Assembly (NCBI GenBank): GCA_003489145.1 | Contig: DNJI01000069.1 | Span: 1-31,722, forward strand | Direction: 5' to 3' | DNA: 31,722 nt | From: Gammaproteobacteria bacterium | GTDB taxonomy: Bacteria > Pseudomonadota > Gammaproteobacteria > PS1 > Pseudothioglobaceae | Part shown: positions 1-9,448 of the stretch, one piece after another | Numbering within the stretch: the first letter of the stretch is position 1 | How the letters are laid out: the number at the start of each line of letters is the position of its first letter | Notes under the pieces: model-generated | The model's database searches: none | What the model was told of the DNA's origin: nothing | The model's input: only the letters and a program-made list of their open reading frames with translations | Program-made: the position numbers and the translations under genes

Positions 1-2
1 TT

Positions 3-512
3 ATGAGTAATATGATTATTGAAGATGGAAAATTTGTTGAGCTTACTTATGAAGTCGTTGACAAAAAAACCAGTGAAGTATTGTCTGCAGTTGAGTTTCC
101 ATTAGGTTATATACAAGGTATTAGTGAAATCTTATCACCGGAGGTAACAGCTGGATTAGTAGGTCAGGTTGAGGGTGACATTGTTGAACTTCCTGTTGAT
201 GTAGACCAAATCTATGGCCCTAGGGATGAGACTTTAGTAACAACGATGCCACTTGACAGCCTAGATGAAGATTTAAGAAAAGTTGGCACCATGATCCCAA
301 TGGAAAATGACAAAGGCGAACGTATAAACTTTACAGTGATAAAAGTTAATGATGACTCAATAATGGTGGATGGTAATAACCCACTTTGTGGTCGAAAAGT
401 AATTTTTGTCCTTAAGGTGATTACAGTACGTAATCCAACAGATGAAGAGGCGAGACTGGGTGGTCCTGTTGACGATACACCTAACTTTGCAAACGCACAA
501 CCAATACAGTAG
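3..512 (+). CDS. slyD: FKBP-type peptidyl-prolyl cis-trans isomerase, SlyD-like (no His-rich tail)
   Basis: SlyD/FKBP_C pattern: N-terminal 'VELTYEV', 'PLGYIQG', 'YGPRDETLV', 'VDGNNPLCGRKVIFVLKVITVRNPTDEE' (cf. VDxNHPLAGxxLxFxVEVxxxRxATEEE). The start lies at the window edge. Confidence 0.85.
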   Translation: MSNMIIEDGKFVELTYEVVDKKTSEVLSAVEFPLGYIQGISEILSPEVTAGLVGQVEGDIVELPVDVDQIYGPRDETLVTTMPLDSLDEDLRKVGTMIPMENDKGERINFTVIKVNDDSIMVDGNNPLCGRKVIFVLKVITVRNPTDEEARLGGPVDDTPNFANAQPIQ

Positions 513-520
513 ATACTATT

Positions 521-856
521 ATGGACTTTACACAATCAGAACTTGATACAATTCAAAAGCACGTTGATGATCGCTGGAGAGACAAAGATCATGGTGTACA
601 CTTAGCCGATATCGAAGTAGATGGAACAGAGCGAGCTGCTGCTGTTTGGGAGCATAAACACTACACTTTTATCATTCTAAAAATTGGCGCTTTCACTTAT
701 AGGAACTTGTTTTATTTTTTAAGAAAAGACCGTTTTGATACAGGCGTTGATGAATTCAATGATCTAGATGAGTGTGTTGATTCTTTGATGAAGTGTCAAG
801 CCGATTTTTCACTGTCTAAAAGTACCAAGAATTTAAAGCCTAAAACTGATAAGTAA
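521..856 (+). CDS. Small conserved hypothetical protein (111 aa), probably co-transcribed with slyD
   Basis: ORF starts 8 nt after the slyD stop and is followed by an intrinsic terminator. The 'FDTGVDEFNDLDECVDSLMKCQAD' segment recalls small hypotheticals of sulfur-oxidising Proteobacteria (from memory, unverified). Confidence 0.75.
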   Translation: MDFTQSELDTIQKHVDDRWRDKDHGVHLADIEVDGTERAAAVWEHKHYTFIILKIGAFTYRNLFYFLRKDRFDTGVDEFNDLDECVDSLMKCQADFSLSKSTKNLKPKTDK

Positions 857-879
857 GTTTAAACCTTTCAATTTTTCTC

Positions 880-911
880 AAAAAAAAGGATGTTTTTAAG
901 CATCCTTTTTT
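880..911. terminator. Intrinsic terminator-like hairpin after the slyD-hypothetical pair
   Basis: AAAAAAAGGATG-tttttaag-CATCCTTTTTT: inverted repeat with flanking A and T tracts. Confidence 0.8.
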
Positions 912-949
912 ATTGCTCACCATATAGTAGTCTGCATTATCATTCTTAT

Positions 950-967
950 TTGATATAATCTTATCAA
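950..967 (+). promoter_or_regulatory. Operator-like palindrome overlapping a perfect -10 box upstream of yeeE
   Basis: TTGATA-taatct-TATCAA (950-967) contains TATAAT at 954-959; RBS GAGGAG precedes ATG 989. Confidence 0.5.
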
Positions 968-988
968 TTATATTTATGAGGAGGGTTT

Positions 989-2146
989 ATGATGCTACCT
1001 ACTATAGGTGAATTGAGCGAAGAAATTGTTGCTTTATTCTTTGTTATTTTCTGTGTTTCTATTATTTTTGGTGCAGTAGCACGTAAAACTGACTTTTGTC
1101 CCTTAGGCGGTATTGCAGACGTTATTCATAGTGGTAATACAGGTCGTTTGTCGATGTATTTCTTTGCTATTGCCGTTGCTATTTTTGGTGTCACTATTTT
1201 TGAAGCAATGGAAATTTTCAGTGCTGATGGTACGCGCCCTCCTTACAGAATGAGTCAGTTCCGCTGGCCAGCTTATCTAGTTGGTGGTGCTTTTTTTGGT
1301 ATTGGTATGACTTTATGTCGTGGCTGTGGCATGAAAAGTATTCTCAATCTAGGTGGCGGCAATCTAAAGGCGATTGTGGCAATTCTAGGTATGGGCGGTG
1401 CAGCAGTATTAATGTTGTATGTTGAAGGATTTTTTAACGATTATTTCTTATCTTGGGTCTTACCTGCGTCACCTAATCTAGATGATTATGGATTCGAGAT
1501 GCAGGATTTAGGCACGATTTTTGGTGGCATTATAGGTGTTGAAACTTCGACGATGCGACTTACTATTGGACTCATGTTTTCTTTATTGATTATGAGTCTG
1601 GTTTTCAAAAGTAAAGACTTTGTTGCTAGACGTGATAATTGGATTGGCGGTTTTGTTATTGGTGCGTTGATTGTGGGTGCCTTCTATATTTCTGGCGGCC
1701 CATTAGGTGAGTTAGCCAATGAGGCATCTGAGTTTAGTGACGACCCTCAGTATGGTATGGGCACACAGTCATATACCTTTATTCGCCCAATGGGTGATTT
1801 GCTTTATATCGCTTCAAACCCAGAATGGTATATTTTAACTTTTGGCTTGGTGGCTTTTTTGGGTGTAGGTACAGGCTCAGTCATAATTTCTGTTTTAACT
1901 AGGCGATTTAAAATCGTTTGGTTTAATTCTATTGGTGAATTATTACGCTATGCTGTTGGTGGTGTTATGGTCGGTATTGGCGGTATTTTAGGTATGGGTT
2001 GCACTTTGGGTCAAGGTGTTGCTGGAACCTCTACTTTGTCACTAGGCTCGTTTGTGGATTTATTTGCACTGATGTTGGGCGCTTATGTTGGTATTCGCAT
2101 GCAAAAACAATTCATGAATGATCATGAGGTGCCTAAAGCAGATTAA
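989..2146 (+). CDS. YeeE/YedE family sulfur-compound transporter
   Basis: Multi-TM protein with the family motifs 'RKTDFCPLGG', 'GGAFFGIGMTLCRGCG' and 'GIGGILGMGCTLGQG' (three conserved Cys). Confidence 0.9.
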   Translation: MMLPTIGELSEEIVALFFVIFCVSIIFGAVARKTDFCPLGGIADVIHSGNTGRLSMYFFAIAVAIFGVTIFEAMEIFSADGTRPPYRMSQFRWPAYLVGGAFFGIGMTLCRGCGMKSILNLGGGNLKAIVAILGMGGAAVLMLYVEGFFNDYFLSWVLPASPNLDDYGFEMQDLGTIFGGIIGVETSTMRLTIGLMFSLLIMSLVFKSKDFVARRDNWIGGFVIGALIVGAFYISGGPLGELANEASEFSDDPQYGMGTQSYTFIRPMGDLLYIASNPEWYILTFGLVAFLGVGTGSVIISVLTRRFKIVWFNSIGELLRYAVGGVMVGIGGILGMGCTLGQGVAGTSTLSLGSFVDLFALMLGAYVGIRMQKQFMNDHEVPKAD

Positions 2147-2162
2147 CCACTTTCTGTAGGCG

Positions 2163-2193
2163 AAAAAAAAGGCGTGCTATTGCACGCCTTTTT
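2163..2193. terminator. Bidirectional intrinsic terminator between convergent yeeE and hppA
   Basis: AAAAAAAA-GGCGTGC-tatt-GCACGCC-TTTTT. Confidence 0.9.
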
Positions 2194-2209
2194 ATTATCT
2201 TTTAATTAG

Positions 2210-4234
2210 CTACCCTAGTAAAGGTGTACCTAGTAAAGGAATAATCATGATTGCAACGATGTTGATAATCTTGATTAGTGGGTTGATCGCAGGACCAGCC
2301 GTATCTTTATACGGGTCACCTACAGTGTCGCCAGTTACAGCAGCTTTATGCGTGTCTGATCCTTTTCCATGACCTTCACCCAGTTGACCGTCTTCGATGT
2401 ACTTCTTAGCGTTATCCCATGCACCACCACCGGTAGTCATTGAGATAGCAACAAAGATACCAGTTGCAATAGAGCCGATTAATAATCCGCCTAATGCTTC
2501 AGCACCTAGTAGTAAACCAACAGCTACTGGGAATAGGATCGGAAGCATTGATGGTACGATCATTTCTTTAATTGCAGATTTAGTTAGCATGTCAACGGCT
2601 TTAGAATAGTCAGGCTTTTGTGTGTAATCCATAATGCCTGGCATCTCTCTAAACTGACGACGTACTTCTTCAACAATGCCACCTGCTGCGCGACCTACGG
2701 CTTCCATTGCCATTGCACCAAATAAGTAAGGTACTAAGCCACCTAAGAATAAGCCAATGATAACCATATGGTTTGACAAGTCAAAGCTGATTGGATCAAA
2801 TCCGACTCTAGTATTTAGCTCATTTGTAAAGTCAGCAAACAATACTAACGCTGCAAGACCTGCAGAACCAATTGCATAACCTTTAGTTACCGCTTTAGTT
2901 GTGTTACCTACCGCATCTAATGGATCAGTAATGTTACGAATTTCTTCAGGAAGGTCTGCCATTTCAGCAATACCACCCGCGTTATCAGTAATAGGACCAT
3001 AAGCGTCTAGTGCAACAATAACACCAGTCATAGACAACATAGCAGTTGCCGCAATAGCGATACCGTATAAGCCACCTAATGCATGTGCACCCCAAATACT
3101 AGCACAAACGGCTAATACGGGTAGTGCGGTAGATTTCATGCTTAAGCCAATACCAGCAATAACGTTAGTACCATCACCTGTTTTAGAAGCTTCTGCAATA
3201 TGTTGTACTGGTCTGTGTTCAGTTGCAGTGTAGTATTCAGTAACCACAACCATCCACGCAGTCAGCGCTAAACCAATCAGAGATGCGTAGAATAAATTCA
3301 TGCCCATACCCATGTCTATTGTCACAAAGTAGAATGCAATTGCCGCTAAAACTGCAGAAACAATTAAACCTTTGTAAAGCGCACCCATGATAGATCCACC
3401 ATCAGACACTTTAACAAAGAAAGTACCGATAATTGAAGCGATGATAGATACTGCTCCTAGTGCTAATGGATAAAGAATCGCATCGTTACCCAGGCCTAGT
3501 ACACCCGCTAACATCATTGTTGCAACGATGGTTACTGCGTAAGTCTCGAATAAGTCAGCCGCCATACCTGCACAGTCACCAACGTTGTCACCAACGTTGT
3601 CAGCAATTACTGCAGGATTGCGCGGATCATCTTCTGGAATGCCTGCTTCAACTTTACCAACAATATCAGCACCAACATCAGCACCCTTAGTAAAGATACC
3701 GCCGCCTAAACGTGCAAAGATTGAAATCAATGAACCACCAAAAGCTAAGCCAATCAATGCGTGTAACGCGTCTTTTTGTGGAACTTCAAAAGCAGTCAAG
3801 CCCATGTAGAATCCAGAAACACCTAACAATGCCAGGCCAACTACCAGCATACCAGTAATAGCACCACCTTTAAAGGCCACCTGGAAAGCAGCATTCATGC
3901 CATTTTTTGCTGCCTCTGCTGTACGACAATTTGATTTAACCGATACATTCATACCAATATAACCTGTCAAACCTGACAATACGGCACCAATTAAAAATCC
4001 TAGAGCCACCGTGTAGCTGAGTGCTATCGAGATAATAACCAGTAAAATTGCGCCTACAACGCCAATGGCAGTGTATTGACGATTTAGATAGGCACTTGCG
4101 CCTTCTGCAATCGCATCTGAAATCTCTTTCATTTTGTCACTACCTGGTGATTGTTTGTAAATCCAGGTCATTGTATATAAGCCGTATAAAACAGCGATAA
4201 TTGAAGCCCCGATGGCCATTATTAGTATATCCAT
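2210..4234 (-). CDS. hppA: Membrane-bound H+-translocating pyrophosphatase, K+-independent type
   Basis: Motifs '[44 protein letters not shown]', '[12 protein letters not shown]', 'GGAWDNAKK', '[12 protein letters not shown]'; GNTTKA (Lys) at 2891-2908; RBS AAGGAG upstream. Confidence 0.97.
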   Translation of the reverse strand: MDILIMAIGASIIAVLYGLYTMTWIYKQSPGSDKMKEISDAIAEGASAYLNRQYTAIGVVGAILLVIISIALSYTVALGFLIGAVLSGLTGYIGMNVSVKSNCRTAEAAKNGMNAAFQVAFKGGAITGMLVVGLALLGVSGFYMGLTAFEVPQKDALHALIGLAFGGSLISIFARLGGGIFTKGADVGADIVGKVEAGIPEDDPRNPAVIADNVGDNVGDCAGMAADLFETYAVTIVATMMLAGVLGLGNDAILYPLALGAVSIIASIIGTFFVKVSDGGSIMGALYKGLIVSAVLAAIAFYFVTIDMGMGMNLFYASLIGLALTAWMVVVTEYYTATEHRPVQHIAEASKTGDGTNVIAGIGLSMKSTALPVLAVCASIWGAHALGGLYGIAIAATAMLSMTGVIVALDAYGPITDNAGGIAEMADLPEEIRNITDPLDAVGNTTKAVTKGYAIGSAGLAALVLFADFTNELNTRVGFDPISFDLSNHMVIIGLFLGGLVPYLFGAMAMEAVGRAAGGIVEEVRRQFREMPGIMDYTQKPDYSKAVDMLTKSAIKEMIVPSMLPILFPVAVGLLLGAEALGGLLIGSIATGIFVAISMTTGGGAWDNAKKYIEDGQLGEGHGKGSDTHKAAVTGDTVGDPYKDTAGPAINPLIKIINIVAIMIIPLLGTPLLG

Positions 4235-4377
4235 TTCTTTCTTTTCTCCTTTTTGATTTATGTATAAATTTTTCCAACGTTGATTATAGAGTAATTAGCA
4301 TTCAATAATATAATAAATAAGTGAAAAACGACCTATTTTAGGTGTTGGTTTAAAGGGTTTAAAAAAGTATTTCCCGT

Positions 4378-5544
4378 TTATCCTTTTGTCCAATATTGAG
4401 TTTTGATGCCACGACCTAAATCAGCTTCAACCAATCTCGATCTGAGCTTCAATAGCTTTTCAATCAAGGCCGGTTCCGCCTGTTCATAAGCTTTAGCATC
4501 TGGCGTTCGATTAACCACCACACCCAAAAGCTCAGTGATTGCATTGCCAATAGAATTTTGTGAAATAACCACAATTAGCTTACCTTTATCGTTGCGATAA
4601 ATGAGCTGTTTAAATGCGGGTTGCCAGCGAATTGATGAAGCATATTTTGCGTCTTTAATACATTTGTCACGCACTTTTTTAGCGGCGGATAAAAAACAGT
4701 TATTGAACAACAAAGTTTTTTCAATTTCTTTAGGGAAATAAGCGTTGTCTGGCACGCCTGCATTTCTGCTAGACACTTGGGTAAAGAAGGTACGGTAGAA
4801 GTCTAAAAAACCTTTTAAGACTTGGTCGTATTCTTTCCAAAAATCAATATTTTTTAAACTGTCGATACCACCTTGTATTTCCCAGCTCGGTAAACCCTGT
4901 GGATAACCTGTTAGTGCAAGACTAGAAGCATCACTTTCAACAGGCTTGAGTATTTTTAAATCGAGCGACGATAAGAATTCGACATACACGTCTTGCATAT
5001 AAGCAGCAAATAAAGAGTGCTGACCGCCATCCGTTAAGTTTGGGTTGTTAGTATCAGTGAGCGGCGCTTCTTTTAGTTGTTGCTTATCAAAAACAATAAA
5101 GTGGTTGTGCAACATGCGAATACTAGGCACACCGGCAGAAGTTATAGGCCAAGTCGCATCAAGCGATGCTTCACCTGCAAGGATCAAGTGTTTTTCAGGA
5201 TCAGGATATTGCTCCAACATAAAGCCAATAATGATTTGATTCATTCGATTCCAAACTTTCCTAACATTTTTTGGTAATTGTGTACGACGCACAGCTCGAC
5301 CCAAAGGGTTTAAAACACTTTGTGACGTGTTATAAATAATAGAGCAATCAAATTCATTTGAGTGCCCCAAGGCTTTTCGATAAAGTAATAAGTCTTCATC
5401 GTTGATCAACAAACCGTTATTTTCAGTCAGATCTTTTAGGTTTTCTGGCGAGTTGAAAAACTCGTTAGGCTTCATGCCTTCAGGCACATCTAGCGGGATA
5501 GGACGGAATGGAACATTGATCTCTCTTGGGCCGATTGTACTCAT
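4378..5544 (-). CDS. Hypothetical protein (388 aa) with a HIT-like motif (SIRMLHNHFIVF)
   Basis: Long clean ORF between adk and hppA; 'S-I-x-x-L-H-x-H-hydrophobic' resembles the HIT-superfamily catalytic loop. The family assignment is inference. Confidence 0.7.
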   Translation of the reverse strand: MSTIGPREINVPFRPIPLDVPEGMKPNEFFNSPENLKDLTENNGLLINDEDLLLYRKALGHSNEFDCSIIYNTSQSVLNPLGRAVRRTQLPKNVRKVWNRMNQIIIGFMLEQYPDPEKHLILAGEASLDATWPITSAGVPSIRMLHNHFIVFDKQQLKEAPLTDTNNPNLTDGGQHSLFAAYMQDVYVEFLSSLDLKILKPVESDASSLALTGYPQGLPSWEIQGGIDSLKNIDFWKEYDQVLKGFLDFYRTFFTQVSSRNAGVPDNAYFPKEIEKTLLFNNCFLSAAKKVRDKCIKDAKYASSIRWQPAFKQLIYRNDKGKLIVVISQNSIGNAITELLGVVVNRTPDAKAYEQAEPALIEKLLKLRSRLVEADLGRGIKTQYWTKG

Positions 5545-5567
5545 ATTTTTTTCTATTATAAAAATTC

Positions 5568-5600
5568 AAAAAAAAGGCTTATGTCATTACAACACAAGCC
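5568..5600 (-). terminator. Intrinsic terminator after adk
   Basis: Minus strand: GGCTTGTGTT-gtaat-GACATAAGCC (stem with two G-U pairs) followed by a U tract. Confidence 0.7.
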
Positions 5601-5625
5601 CCCATTTATTAGCAAAACTAAAAGT

Positions 5626-6288
<663 letters not shown>

Positions 6289-7539
6289 TTATACTTCAAA
6301 TGATGGTAATTTCTTTTCTACCATTTCTTTTTTCATCACCACGTAGTCTGGCAAGCCATTTTTGTATGGAGGGTAGTTTTCGCCTTCGATTAGAGGCTGT
6401 AAGTACTCACGACATGCGTCAGTAATACCAAAGCCATCATCAGAGATGTATTCCATTGGCATCATCTTTTCAACGTTAGCAATATCTTTCAATTCGCCTG
6501 AACCAATTTCCCAAGTGTATGGGTTGTTAGAGGTGCGGATAATAGCTGGCATTACTGAGTTTTTACCCTCTAATGCCATGTTGACTGCTGCTTCACCTAA
6601 GGCGTAAGCTTGCTCAACATCAGACTCTGATGCTAAGTGACGCGCCGAACGCTGTAAGTAATCTGCAACTGCCCAGTGGAATTTATGACCTAAGGCGTCT
6701 TTAATTAGTTGAGCTACAACTGGCGCTGCACCACCCAATTGCGCATGACCAAAGTCATCGCGAGTGCCTTGCTCTGCTAGGAAGCGACCATCTGGCCATT
6801 GAGTTCCTTCAGATACAACAATTGTACAGTAACCAAATTCTTTAACGTTTGCATCAACTTTAGCTAGGAATTTCTTTTCGTCAAATTTAACTTCAGGGAA
6901 TAAAATAACCACTGGAATTGAATCGTCAACCAAACCACCAGCTGCTGCAATCCAGCCTGCGTGGCGACCCATAACTTCAAGTACAAAAATCTTAGTAGAA
7001 GTAGCACACATTGAGGCTACATCAAAACTGGCTTCCATTGTAGAAACTGCAATGTATTTAGCTACTGAGCCAAAACCTGGGCAGTTGTCTGTCACTGGTA
7101 AGTCGTTATCAACCGTTTTTGGTACGTGAATCGCTTGAATTGGGTAGCCCATAGATTCAGACAATTGCGAAACTTTCAAACAAGTGTCAGCTGAGTCGCC
7201 ACCACCGTTGTAAAAGAAGTAGCCAATGTCATGCGCTTTAAATACTTCGATTAATCTTTCGTATTCTGCTTTGTTTGCTTCTAAAGACTTCATCTTGTAA
7301 CGACAAGAGCCAAAACCACCAGATGGCGTGTGCTTTAGTGCAGCAACATCAGCTGTTGATTCTTTAGAGGTGTCAATTAAGTTTTCAGTTAGCGCACCAA
7401 TAATGCCGTTTTGACCAGCATAAACCGTACCAATTTTGTCTGAATTTTTGCGTGCAGTTTCAATTACACCACAAGCAGAAGCGTTAATCACAGCAGTTAC
7501 ACCGCCAGATTGAGCATAGAAAGCGTTCTTCATCGTCAT
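6289..7539 (-). CDS. pfp: 6-phosphofructokinase, pyrophosphate-dependent type
   Basis: 'YAQSGGVTAVINAS', 'NGGGDSADT' (Asp at the E. coli Gly104-equivalent site), 'PKTVDNDL' (Lys at the Gly124-equivalent site), 'EVMGRHAGW'. The Asp/Lys pair is the PPi-specificity signature. Confidence 0.9.
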   Translation of the reverse strand: MTMKNAFYAQSGGVTAVINASACGVIETARKNSDKIGTVYAGQNGIIGALTENLIDTSKESTADVAALKHTPSGGFGSCRYKMKSLEANKAEYERLIEVFKAHDIGYFFYNGGGDSADTCLKVSQLSESMGYPIQAIHVPKTVDNDLPVTDNCPGFGSVAKYIAVSTMEASFDVASMCATSTKIFVLEVMGRHAGWIAAAGGLVDDSIPVVILFPEVKFDEKKFLAKVDANVKEFGYCTIVVSEGTQWPDGRFLAEQGTRDDFGHAQLGGAAPVVAQLIKDALGHKFHWAVADYLQRSARHLASESDVEQAYALGEAAVNMALEGKNSVMPAIIRTSNNPYTWEIGSGELKDIANVEKMMPMEYISDDGFGITDACREYLQPLIEGENYPPYKNGLPDYVVMKKEMVEKKLPSFEV

Positions 7540-7683
7540 ACCTTTATTAAATAAGAATCAAAAAATTATACCTATAGCCGTTTTTTGACGTGTTATTTTA
7601 TGGTGATATTGCAATATATCTCATTAGGGATAACATGTTAAACTTACGCATATTATTTCAACAAATAAGCAGAGGGGTTTTCG

Positions 7684-8673
7684 ATGAAAAGATTAGATCA
7701 AGTAATATCACAAGAAGGTGTATCAGCTGAACTAGAACTTGTTATTAAAGATATTTTGGTTGCGTGTAAGGATATTGCCTATAAATTAGGCCAAGGCGAA
7801 TTAGCAGGTATTTTAGGTGCAACTGAAGATGAGAACATTCAAGGTGAAACCCAAAAGATGTTAGATGTTATTTCTAATGACCTTTTAAAAGATACTCTGT
7901 GCGCTAATGCTTTCGTCAAGGGTGTAGGCTCTGAAGAAGAGGATTATACAATTGCCGGCCATACTGATGGTAAATACTTAGTAACCTTTGACCCATTGGA
8001 TGGCTCTTCAAATATCGATGTTAACCTTTCTGTTGGAACGATTTTTTCTATTTTAGAAGCCCCTGAAGATAGTCGCACTGGTGACGATCAAAATATTTTC
8101 TTACAACCTGGAAGCAAGCAAGTTGCTGCCGGTTATGTTCTTTATGGTCCTTCCACATTGCTGGTAATGACAACAGGAAAAGGCGTCAACTTATTCACAT
8201 TAGACACTAACGTTGGGGAATTTGTTCTAACACAAGAGCAGTTAAAAATCACTGAAGACACTGCTGAATTCGCAATTAACATGTCCAACCAACGCTTCTG
8301 GGAGCCAGAAATGAAGGAGTACATTGATCATTGTTTACAAGGCGAAGAAGGCCCTCTAGGTAAGCGTTACAATATGCGTTGGGTTGCTTCTATGGTTGCA
8401 GAAGTTCACCGTATCCTTATCCGAGGTGGTATCTTCATGTACCCTTATGATAATCGTGATCCATCGAAAGCTGGTAAGCTTCGTCTGATGTACGAAGGCA
8501 ACCCGATGTCTATGATTGTTGAGCAGGCTGGCGGTCTATCCTCTACTGGTCATCAGTGTATTATGGACGTAGAACCTCAAGATATTCATGACCGTGTGCC
8601 GGTTATCTTAGGATCAAAAAATGAAGTGAAAAAAGTAGTTGCTATGTATGGTGATTATATTACTAAATCATAA
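7684..8673 (+). CDS. fbp: Fructose-1,6-bisphosphatase class 1
   Basis: 'GETQKMLDV', 'SEEE', 'FDPLDGSSNIDVN', 'RWVASMVAEVHRILIRGGIFMYP', 'GKLRLMYEGNP'. Confidence 0.96.
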   Translation: MKRLDQVISQEGVSAELELVIKDILVACKDIAYKLGQGELAGILGATEDENIQGETQKMLDVISNDLLKDTLCANAFVKGVGSEEEDYTIAGHTDGKYLVTFDPLDGSSNIDVNLSVGTIFSILEAPEDSRTGDDQNIFLQPGSKQVAAGYVLYGPSTLLVMTTGKGVNLFTLDTNVGEFVLTQEQLKITEDTAEFAINMSNQRFWEPEMKEYIDHCLQGEEGPLGKRYNMRWVASMVAEVHRILIRGGIFMYPYDNRDPSKAGKLRLMYEGNPMSMIVEQAGGLSSTGHQCIMDVEPQDIHDRVPVILGSKNEVKKVVAMYGDYITKS

Positions 8674-8732
8674 AAACATAATTCTTTTGATTGTTGCACA
8701 TCTTGATTTTTTTACTCTAAAGATTAGAGTAT

Positions 8733-9209
8733 TTAGCTAAAGGTATAGGGGGTGATGAGCCACTCTTTTTCATCATAAATATCCATTGTAAAACACTTTG
8801 ATCCGCCATGATTACGGACCTCACCTGACGCGCCTGGGTTGATCACCCAAGGTGTCGATTCTTTATCAATTACTTGTTTGTGCGTATGCCCATAGATGAT
8901 CACTTTGGCATCTGGATAGGTCTCTCTTAGTGATTCGTGCGATGGTTTGTGATGGCCGTGAAGATGGCCGTGTTCAATGACAATTTTTCCACTTGGAAAT
9001 TCAAGAAATTCAACCGTATTGAGCGAGGCGATATGATCATCATTATTGCCTTTAATGGCAATAAGTTTTTGTTTGGGTTTTAGTTGGCTCAGAGTGGCTT
9101 CGTTAATAATATCGCCTGCGTGAATAGCGATATCACATTGATTGGCGATCTTAATAACCTCAGGGTGAATGAATCCATGAGAATCAGACAATATGCAAAT
9201 TTTTGGCAC
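8733..9209 (-). CDS. Metallophosphoesterase, YfcE/MJ0936 family
   Basis: Calcineurin-like motifs 'SDSHG', 'HAGD', 'KGNND', 'EHGH', 'YGHTH', 'INPGA'; GTG start. Confidence 0.9.
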   Translation of the reverse strand: MPKICILSDSHGFIHPEVIKIANQCDIAIHAGDIINEATLSQLKPKQKLIAIKGNNDDHIASLNTVEFLEFPSGKIVIEHGHLHGHHKPSHESLRETYPDAKVIIYGHTHKQVIDKESTPWVINPGASGEVRNHGGSKCFTMDIYDEKEWLITPYTFS

Positions 9210-9359
9210 AGTGAATTTAAAGTAAAGTAAAGTGTGTAATTATACTTAAAACTTTATTTTTCTTGCTAAATCAGGCGTTTATAGTACCAACATAAATAGT
9301 CGGTATTTTTTTAAGAAAAACAGTGCAATATTACCGACTTTAATGGGCATAATATGTGC

Positions 9360-9374
9360 GTTCGTTCAACGAAC
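9360..9374. promoter_or_regulatory. Perfect 7-1-7 palindrome upstream of the SCP2 gene, candidate operator
   Basis: GTTCGTT-C-AACGAAC, just 3' of a CATAAT -10-like hexamer (9348-9353). Confidence 0.4.
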
Positions 9375-9448
9375 AAACTTAAATAAGAAAAGACAAACTG
9401 ATGACACAATGAGCTTGTCTAAATGAGATAACAAAATAGGAGATTAAC

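Noticed and set aside
9398-9440. CTGATGA, the hammerhead ribozyme core heptamer, upstream of the SCP2 gene
   Set aside because: No stem II followed by GAAA and no stem III/cleavage triplet can be built around it.
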